This document shows positions 54,204 through 64,000 of a stretch of DNA of 64,000 nucleotides, piece by piece. Under the pieces are notes generated by a model. That model was not told where the DNA came from, searched no databases, and worked only from the letters and a program-made list of their open reading frames with translations. The DNA is from Paramecium tetraurelia (Eukaryota). Every line of letters begins with the position of its first letter. Within the stretch, counting starts at the first letter, position 1. Location of the stretch: the NCBI GenBank assembly GCA_000165425.1, contig CT868252.1:186001-250000 (forward strand). Reading direction: 5' to 3'. The translations under genes were made by a program, and so were the position numbers.

Positions 54204-55563
54204 TCATTTCTCAAATGTTTAATTAACAACCATTGAATGTGCTAGTTGATTCACTATTTTCTCATTCTCCACATAAATCTTATTTGCATCCTTTACCTAT
54301 ATACACATATAAGATATTTGCTATTATAATCTCTATATTTATTACTTTCCCATCTATCTCACAACTTATTTATTTCACTTCTGGCTCTATTATAAACACA
54401 TCTGTTAATTCTCTAATTTTCTCATAAATTTCTTATGAAGCATTATAAATTGATAAACTCGTAAAATTCAATTTACTATCAACTATCACGAATCCAGCAG
54501 GTACTGTATTTTACTCTGTGTAACTTACCAAACTTTTACTAGCTAAAATCAACCCTTTGTTTATTCCATCTTTCAAATCTCCTATAGTACACATTTAAAG
54601 AGGATGATCAAATCCTTTTGGTTATTCTCTCAAACCTATTGGAATCTATTTTACTATGTTCTACAACTTTTTCTATGTAATTCTGCCTTTATTGGTGACC
54701 AAATCATAGACTTTAAGCACTTTCTATTACACTTCCTTTAATGTATCAGTTGTTAATGATTAGTCAATCTTGTTTGCCTTAATGTAGTCATTAAAGGCTA
54801 ATTAATAATCCTCAAAATAGCAATGAATCTAAATTTATATGATATTAAATACGTTTCCTCTATTGAAATACAAATCAGGGTTTTCTCTATTTTGATTCTT
54901 TTCAGATTGGTTGTAGGCAGACAAGGCCAAATTTAATTCATTATTATTTTTCTTTGGATTCATAAAATAATCAGAAAGGTATGCATTTCCAACTAAATAC
55001 CAGGATTGTGCATTTTTTAAATCAAATGTCAATGCTTTCTTTGCAATTTCCAATGATTTTGTCACATTTTAACTCTTATCCTTCTGATCTCCAACTTACC
55101 TCAACACTATAGACAAATATTGCAATGACTTGATATTATTTGGATCTTTTTCAATTGCAGTTTCAAAACATTACTTTGCAGCTACATAATCCTTTTTCTT
55201 CCACAAAATATGCCCTAAAGTATTTAAGCTGTCTATGTGAAAAGGATTCAATTTCATCTAAAAATTGATTTTGAATTAATTTTACTGCTTTTGTAAGTGC
55301 CTCTTCAGCAAATTTTGAATATTCAGGTAGAATGTCAGAGGCCTTTCCTTTCAAAAAATATAGCTCTATTTTATGCTTTTTTGAGACTAAAGAATTTTAA
55401 TATTCAAATTACTTTCTAAATCTTCATTATCAATCAAGGAGTCAATTTGTTTAATTATCTATGTAACTTAAGGTTTATAATGTTCTCCTTTTTGAAAATC
55501 ATATTCAGCTTCTTCTGTCAGCTGATCAACTTAAAGCTTTAATTCTGAGAGTTTTTCCTCCAT
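54204..55563 (-). CDS. TTC5: TTC5 ortholog (TPR plus C-terminal OB-like domain)
   Basis: LKGKASDILPEYSKFAEEALTKAVKLNP..LGHILWKKKD..LSIVLRQ..SWYLVGNAYLS..NPDLYFNRG. Confidence 0.85.
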
Positions 55564-55861
55564 TTAAATTAATTAAAATTAAAAAATTAATAAGAAGAGT
55601 AATTGGTTGTTCTATTCTTATAAATGTAATTGTTTATACTATAATAAATACAAAGGAACTAAGCAGAATGATGATTATTTTTATAGTATATTAGCTTATT
55701 AGATTGAAAACTAAATATTTATATTTTTTATTATTAAAATTTTAAATAATTATTATTGATTAATAAGAAAAGTAAAAGAAATTAATCAAATAGGAAATGG
55801 TGTAAATATAAAAATTAATTAATTATGAACTATTAATAGATTAGAATTTATATCTATATTT

Positions 55862-57696
55862 TCAAAAAACTTTATGTTCTTAAAATGTTGATAAAACTGC
55901 TTTAATTGATCTAGCTGAAAGCAGCTCAGTTAATTTATTAATATCTTTAGCTAATTTATGATTTTCGATGTCACTTTCTCTTAATGTTTTGTCTAAAGCT
56001 TCATCTCTATGTCTGCTGTCCTAAAATAATTAAGAAATGTATTACTTCCTTAAATTTAGAGTGATAAGTAGTATCATTTTTAAAGTTATTATTAATTTTA
56101 TTCATCTATTCGACTTCATGGTTATTAATTTTAAATTCCTTTTCTTTGATTTTAGTTAACTATTCGAGTACTTTTTTCTCTAGATCTTTTCTATAGACTA
56201 AATCTTAAGTAACTGTTGATGAAAATTATTCCAATTGATAATTATCTACAGAAAGATTTCTATTTTCTAATTCCATTCTGACTTTATCTTTCAACATGTC
56301 AGAATATTATTCTGTTATTTATCTAAGTTCTTTTTGGGCTTCTAAAATACATTATTGACTGTCTCTTATAATTTTAAGTCTATCTTAGTCTATTCTTTCT
56401 ACTTATTTTTCCATTTAGTTTAATTTTTCTTTAAATTCTTCTAAAACTAATTTCTTTACTTTTTCAATAACTTCCATAGTTTAAATTTAACTTGATGAAT
56501 TAAATTTAGCAATGTCATCCTTAACCTTATTGCATTATTCTGATTAAATTTAAATATGATCATCTAACTTTCTATTTTCATCCATCATCTAATCGCATTT
56601 TTAGCCCCAATCGTTATCGATTTCTCTTAGATTGAAGAAATGAGCTCTTTATTATTCTGCCAATTCTTCTTATTGTTTCTTTTCAAGATCTCTAATATTT
56701 TTTTCTGATTCTTAAAATCTCTCCTCTAAAGCTTTTGTGGTAAATGATCTTTACTATTAAATTTATTTGATATTATTGTCCCATTTTTGAATCTCATTTT
56801 TTAATATATTTTTATGATTCTATAATTCACCTGCATTTCTTTCTAACTAATCTTGTTTAGCTTAATTTCCTAAAAGCTTTTATCTCCATTGCAAAGTCTT
56901 CTCTTCATATTCTTCTTTCAATTACAAACCTAAGGCTCTCTCTCTTTCAATCAACTTTTCCAAATGTTTAGCAACAGCTCTTCTTTCTTCCTCTAAATGT
57001 TATGCCATTTCCTTAAGTGGTTATCTCTATCCAGGCTGATATCTTCCTTAATTTTTGCCTGGATCTTGCATACCAGCCATATTCACATTATCTTTATTCT
57101 ATTTTAGAACTGAATTCAATTCTCTTATTGAATCTTCTGTGGCTCCATTCCCTTGAATTTCTATGGATAAAATGTAACCATTGGCAGCAGCAGCTGGAAT
57201 CAACATTCTAACTCCTTAATTTCCTAATTCATTCCATCTGAGATCCAATGTTCTCAATTAGGGATTATTTCGAATAATATTTGCAAGCAATCCTGCACAT
57301 GTTGTGTTCAACCTATTATTTTGTATGTCAATGTGAGTAATAGATTTATTTATAGACATGACTTGATACAGTAATTCAAGAGCCTTTAGATTGTTGTTAG
57401 CACAAAGTTGATTCCATTATAAAGTTAAAGTTCTTAAGGACTCTTAATAAATACAATAGATTTACAATATTAGTTTTGAGTGCTTGAAATATTTCAATAA
57501 ATCCGTTGGGACTAATATTATTTCCTTTGAGATCCAGGATTCCAATATTTGGATAATTTTTGATAGTGTCAGCCACCAGTTTTGCTCCCATATCTCCAAT
57601 ATACATATCGTTTAATGTGACTCTTCCAGTTGGACATTGTCTTTATAGGATTGGAACTAGAGTTGAAATAGAAGGTCCTTAATTGTTTCTGCTCAT
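55862..57696 (-). CDS. RNI-like LRR plus long coiled coil (LRRC45-like)
   Basis: LDLKGNNI, LQWNQL, IDIQNNRL and LDLRWNELGNQG followed by about 350 aa of coiled coil. Confidence 0.8.
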
Positions 57697-57787
57697 TTGA
57701 ATTTTAAATCGTTATAATAATTAAATAATTCTTGTGTTTCTAAGAACAATTAACATTTTTGGTTTATTATTATTTAATATATTAATC

Positions 57788-58625
57788 ATGGACGATGATA
57801 TTCCTGACTTGGAAGATTTTAGTGAATAACTCTAAAAGAAAAAGGAAGCATCTGTTGATATTGGTGATTACGCTAAGCCGGTGGAGGAAAAACCTATTCA
57901 AATCCAACAACCCAAAAAATAAGATAATGATTTAACAGGTTTGAAGAAGGGATTCTTGAACGATCAAAAGAAAGACGATGATATTATTAAACCGAAAGAA
58001 AAGAAAAACCCTTTATAAATAGATGAAGTTTAGGAAAATATGAAATAAAACAATTAGTCACAATTTGGATAATTCATGTCATAAAATAAAGAGGAATGGT
58101 TAAATCAAGATCTATTACAAAAAGTAATTGATGCTTAATTAATTGTAGATTGCTAGTAATCCAAAATTATAAAAATTATTTACTAATCCAGAATATTTAT
58201 CAGCAGTATAATAGATGTAGAGTAATCCAACTGGTATTATGTAGAGATACAAGAATAATCCTGAATTTGTAGAATTAATGTCAGAGTATATGAAAACAAT
58301 GGGTGAGCATTTCTAATAATTAAAACCTTAAAAATAAGATAAGCCATAATAATAATAATAATAATAATAGCCTAAAATTATTCCTGTTGATTAGAATCCA
58401 CCAAAAAAATAACCATAAACATAAGAAGAGAAGGTCTAATATATTATAGAAAATGATAAAGAAGTAAAAGCTGTTTTACAGGATCCAAGAGTAGTAGCAT
58501 TTATTGAATATTTATAAAGAACAGGAAAAGCTGACTTTTAAGAAATTGCTTACAAAGATCCACAATTAATGTAGAAATTACAAATACTCATCCAAAAAGG
58601 TGTTTTAAATGTATAACGTATGTGA
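57788..58625 (+). CDS. STI1/DP-domain co-chaperone-like protein
   Basis: MDDDIPDLEDF, LKKGFL, NPKLQKLFTNPEY..QSNP..NPEF, QDPRV..DPQLMQKLQILIQKGVL. Confidence 0.8.
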
Positions 58626-58639
58626 TATCTAATTATTTA

Positions 58640-59799
58640 TCAAAAAGAGTTTTTTCTCTGCTTGTGATTTCCAATTCTCTTAGATTTTGGAAGATCAGAT
58701 TTGTCGGCTTTTTTCTTATGTTTAAAACTAGTCTCGAAATTCTTGATCTCCTTTTTATTATCTTTAGAATAAGTATGCACTGTGTTGAGACTTTCATCAA
58801 AGGACACTTTTCTAAATTCATTGTTAGAATAAAATCTTTTTCTGTCCTGAGTTTGATCATCTGTAGTGATTGAAAGATGATTGATCTTAAGAATCGATTC
58901 TGTCTTTTGATCTTCCCATTCAGCAATTGGATCTGACTATCTACATAAATTAGTTTATGGACAACTATTTTCTAATTGATTGTTGATGGCAATGATTAAT
59001 TCTTAATTGGTTTGATTGCTTAACATAATAGAGGAAGTCTTTAAAATTTTAGATGATTGTTAAAATTATAGAAATATAGTATTGATAATTGATAACTGTA
59101 TGAAAAATATAATATACTGAGACATCAAGATCATGACTTATTGTCAATTACATGCATAAAGTCTTCGACAATTGATCTACAATAAGTGTAATAATTATGT
59201 AGGGATCCCTTAATTAATTGATCAGATACAGGTTGATGCAGAGGAGATTAATCAATAATCTTCCATCCATCAATTTAAAGCAACTTCTCCATTTTTTTAG
59301 TTTGAAAGTACTCCTCAATTTTCACTTAATCTCTTAAGGATTGATTAGATTGTATCTACTCTATGACTTTTTACAATTTCAAATATTTATCTTTTTTTTT
59401 TAATTTTTTATTATATAAACTACAAGATTCTTACTCAGTACTGGGAGTGTTTATGTGAATGATTGGGATTTTGTAATGTTTACGAAAGGCCTTCTATTCA
59501 TCCTTCTTCCTTTGTAATCCAAATTGCAATAATTGAATATGAAATAAATCATTAATTGTTCTATCATTCTCTTTAATATCTGATCTTGCTTATCCTAAGC
59601 ATTTCCCTGTCATTTCACATAATTGAATATAAGTGTCAACATTCCTGAGTCTATTAAGTACCATAAACTCGGCTATGTCTTAATGACTTTTAGGAACAAG
59701 GGACTAAGTTAAATGGTGTTACTGAAGTTATTGAATGAGGGAATTGATTTATTTAACTATGATCTCTTTTTTCTTTAATTCTTCTAAATACGAGTGCAT
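58640..59799 (-). CDS. Hypothetical protein with RVxF-like motif
   Basis: ATG 59799; C-terminal RKVSFDESLNTVHTY; TGA 58642-58640; internal splicing uncertain. Confidence 0.65.
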
Positions 59800-59811
59800 T
59801 TAATTTAATTA

Positions 59812-62800
59812 ATGATTGCCTTCTTGAGTGGATTAATTTTGATGGTCATTCAAGTGATGGCTAAAAAATAGAAGGATTTCTTATTCGATTTAAAGGAGAG
59901 TAAGTCAATATAAGTAGACCTCTCCACCTCTAAATCAGATAAGGATTATTTGATATTGTTTGTTCGTCCATAAGAAGATGAAAAGGATGTTGATTTGGGT
60001 GAAATTTAATTTAAAAGTGCTGATGAAACATACAAATTAGAGGACTTTTATGAAAATGCCATATTTAAATCGAAATCAAGTGAGATCAATTTAAAATGTA
60101 TCACATCTCCATGTAAAGGCAGAATCACTTTGGTGAATAGTGATGTCTTAGAATTGACAACTTCAACATAAGAATTGAGTTTGACACAAAAATAACCAGC
60201 TTAGATTGTCTAATTAATGCTTCCTAGCTAGTATGATAGATTAGTGGGAGAATTTAAATTATTGGATGATGAATCAGATAAGATAAAAATAGAGGTGTTT
60301 GATGAAAGAGCAAGGTTATATGGAGACAAAGTTTAAATATCGGTTGCATTAAGTAGCAAGGATTGTGAAAAATGCAAAGTATTGGTTGTGTTGAGTGGAG
60401 ATTTGAATTTTAAAGAAGAGACGACAATTAGCAGCTAATTGCATTTATATCGAGATCTATAGGATATAGAGATCAATGAAGATGTGCAAGATTACCTTTT
60501 TGAGAGGAATGAAAATCAATATAGAGTCAAATTACCACAATCATACAATATAATATAAATTGGTATTCTTGGTGATTTATTACCTGTGATTAGAGTAACT
60601 AATAACCAGGACTCTGAGATATTCAATTCTTAAGATCCCATCTAAATTTCATAAAAAGGACAAGCCTATCATATCCATTTAAGAAAGGCAGAAGTCAATA
60701 ACAATAATGAAATAATTATTAGAGTAAATAAAGGAGGACCTTTAAAATATTCATTAGTAGTTAAAATTTTAGATGAACCGATATTATATAATAATTAAAT
60801 CATATTAGCAACTATTTCAGATAAAGGATCCCATATATATTCATTTAAGACAAGTTATAGTGATTAGGAGATTGGAGTTCATTTAAAGTATTATCAAAAA
60901 GGAATGAACTCTCTAAAAATAGGAGAATGCGATGGAACTTGTACTACAAATACTGAAGATACACACAACATAAGATTCCGTTAACATGAATAAAACCCAT
61001 CAGCCTATGTGAGTCCAGAATGTTCTAGCAAGGATTAAGAGGGATTTTGTAGATTCCAAATCTAGATTATCAGTGAAATGAAAAATACTTACCTTCTAAA
61101 TACAGTAAATGAAATAAATCGTAAAATCATCAAATCAGATATACCTTATTAAAACTATTTAGAGAAATAATAGTAGGAAAATCTGATTGTTAAATATTAG
61201 CATCAAGATGATGACGTGGAATTAATATTTACAGTTAATACTCATAATGTTGTATACTTGATAAGTAAAGACAGTAGTTGCTATCCTGTTAGATAAGAAT
61301 GTGCAAAATATATTGGAGGATCTGATCATTTAGTTATACTCAGAGGAGAGTAATTAAAGCATACTTAATTTTATGTAACTCTGACTACCAGAGAAACTAC
61401 AATCTATTAATTCTAGTTAAAAGTTTTGAAATAATCAGATATAGACGTTAAAATTTTAAAAGAAGATGAAACGTATCGTGGAGTATTGTCATTCATTAAT
61501 GGACAACAAAAGATTCAGTATTTTAGAGTTGTCATTTCCGATTAGGTTGATCAAAACATTGAAATTATTCAAGATAAGGAAACCTCACCAACTATTGAAT
61601 TTGCCATTCATTCATCACGAATGTAGGTTGCTCTTCTTTTCAATAAAGGCAATCAACTGCCAAACTTAGAAAATTATAATCTAATTACTAAAACTAATTA
61701 TCTATCTATTTCACCTGATAATTAATATTATACAAATTAGGGAAATTATACAATAGGAATTGCTAATGCTTTTGACAAAGCTACAGATAAAGAAATAATG
61801 TATACTCTTACTTATTCAACGAGTAGAACAGTTAAAACCTTGCACGTTGGTTAATAATTTGTGGATATGGCATTTGGAAGGAAGAGTAAATACTTTAGCT
61901 TTTATTATAGTAGGAACGCATCATCTTTTTATGTTAGTTTGTAAGGTAAGGATTCATAAAAGCTGATACTTAAAGTATCTAATGATATTTCATAAAATTC
62001 TTAAGAAGTGAAATATTTTAAAAAGGAGCATTCAAGTACCTTGCTTTTGGAATAATTTGAATTAAATAAATTATGTTTAAATGGTTTGACAGAAGAATAA
62101 AAGGAGGAGGAAGAAGATTCAAATTAATTGCTGTTTTGTTAAGCTTATGTAATAATTGAGAACAAAGGTTAGGAGGATATTCTATTTTAATTGAACATTT
62201 GGAACCCTGATGCTAGAATAGAAATGAAAGACGGACAGCAATATTAATTTAATTTAGAGTATTTATCAAAAGAAACCTTTTTATATTATAAAATTATCTC
62301 TAATGATACCGATGTTTAATTACATATTAATTCACATTATGGTTATACTAAATATGAGATTGAAATTATTGATACTTAGAATTAATAAGCAGTTTCTTTG
62401 TTTGCAAAAGAAGAGTACAAAACATAGCATTCCAAAAGCATTTACATGAGTGCATTTGCATTTTGTGGCAAAAATTGCTTATTAAAAATTTCATTAGTAG
62501 CATAACAATAAGAATACAACATTTCATAAATTAACAGAACCTTAGATTTTGATGATTTGGTGTATGTCACTGTGACACAAGAATTTATGGATATACAGAC
62601 TGGCATCCCAACTTAAATTCAAGTTAATTAGAATTCTCCAAGAAAATTCATTTACAATTAGATAAATGATCTGTCATAAGAATCAAAAATGAAATTAGTG
62701 TTACATGAAATTTATGGAAGAGGGACGATTTGTTTATCATTTAATGATGAAGACTAATAAAATTTAGAGAATTGTGAATTTTAAGTATTAGGAAATGTAT

Positions 62801-64000
62801 TAGAACTAACAAAGCAGTAAATATAATCGAAATTGGATGAATTAAAACTAAAACAAAACCCTTACATTGTAATAACAGTATTTTCATTAGTGAGTACTAG
62901 CAAATTGCAATTATCAATAGAAATATTCGATGACAAAAATAATCATAAATTGGTTTTAGGAATTCCTACCAGGATAAAAATGAATGCCTAAGAGGAATCA
63001 TTTTATTAATACTTTAATATTCAAAGTAATGATGATTTATACTTCAAATTCATAAAAATGCAAGGGCAAACCTATATTGAAGTAAGTAGATGCCTAGATG
63101 ACTCAAAAATAGCATGTGAATCAGAAGTAATAATAAATGAATAATTTTTGACTGGCCAATCTTATAGTCAACACATTATCCATAAATCGGATATCAAAAG
63201 ATATTGTGAACTATGTACATACGTAATTAAAGTTAAAACCATTGGCAATTCTTTGGATTTATTAATAGTAATCACTTCATAATTAAACTTTGTGTAACTC
63301 CCTTAGAATATAGCATTCACAGATTTTTTAGATGGACCAGATGACTACAATATTTATCATTATTCTTATGATACAGATCATCAAATAGAAGTTCAAATAA
63401 ATCAATATAATGGAGACACTTAGATGTGGATTGGATATCATGCAGATCTTAATATATCCAACTATCTTTATGGACCATACAACACCATTAAATAAATGAA
63501 ATTGATGAATATCACAAATTCAATTACTTACTATTAAGCCATTATACCACCCAGATAACACTTAGAAGAGAATGACAAAGATTACAATATAACTTAATAG
63601 ATCAATGGAAATTAGACTCTTGTTGGACATTACAATGATGATGACATCTATATTATTGTTAAGAACAATCAGTAAAGACAAACAAATTATTCTATTATTG
63701 TTACTCAATCTACAACAGGCAATGGTTAACTATTATAGGACGGAATAATCACATCTGCATATTTGAGCAAGCTGACCCCTACAATAACATTCTATCATTA
63801 ATAAAAAAATTAATAATAACTCTAGCTCTTTGTAAAAGTAAATCCATATGGAAATTTGAATAATTTACCTTTTGAAGATTATTTCAAAATAGAAATATCA
63901 GATGAAGCAAATTCAAGTAATTTTACAATAATCCATGCTTTTTCAATTCGTAATAATTAATTAACTTATATACTTCCAGTGCTTGAAGGCATGATAACAA
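59812..64000 (+). CDS. Giant secreted/surface protein with repeated beta-rich modules (runs off window)
   Basis: Signal peptide MIAFLSGLILMVIQVMA; about 1400 codons apparently without a stop or intron; recurring aromatic beta-strand motifs and Cys pairs. Confidence 0.85.

Noticed and set aside
41425..58370. (TAA)n runs near 41425 and 58345
   Set aside because: These are poly-Gln codon runs inside CDSs, not independent repeats or arrays.
58588..58926. Apparent convergent CDS overlap between the STI1-domain gene and ORF 58633-58926
   Set aside because: Another minus-strand frame (EWEDQKTES..RKVSFDES..NSF-TGA 58640) is more protein-like and stops before the neighbour, so no overlap is needed.
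123..61669. Most ORFs in the supplied six-frame track
   Set aside because: They were computed with the standard code and alternative starts. They are fragments of real ciliate-code genes, or wrong-frame and antisense shadows (e.g. 1748-2032, 30825-31055, 41288-41590, 53853-54092).

Overview
This is gene-dense, very AT-rich eukaryotic DNA from a ciliate macronuclear-type genome, most likely Paramecium. TAA/TAG read as Gln, TGA is the only stop, and introns are tiny (about 22-30 nt, GT...AG). The supplied standard-code ORF track is therefore largely misleading, so I translated by hand with the ciliate code and recovered about 40 genes. These include TPR proteins, OSBP, kinases, a 3R-Myb, an ABC1/ADCK kinase, protoporphyrinogen oxidase, TBC RabGAP, RING ligases, PP2C, a laforin-like phosphatase, an EF-hand protein, ankyrin, NTF2, a cyclin-Y-like protein, stomatin, TTC5, an LRRC45-like protein, an STI1-domain protein and a giant secreted protein. 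Four things stand out. (1) One 940-aa protein fuses DOMON x2, cytochrome b561, cytochrome b5 and an FNR-type FAD/NAD(P)H reductase, a candidate self-contained trans-membrane electron chain. (2) A Rae1/Gle2 WD40 protein carries its own N-terminal GLFG/FG nucleoporin domain. (3) A TPR gene has all its introns in a 102-nt (one-repeat) register. (4) Two divergent gene pairs have start codons only 12 bp apart. I recognised no RNA genes, transposons, IESs or CRISPR arrays. All family calls are motif recognition by eye with no database search, and coordinates span start to stop including introns.
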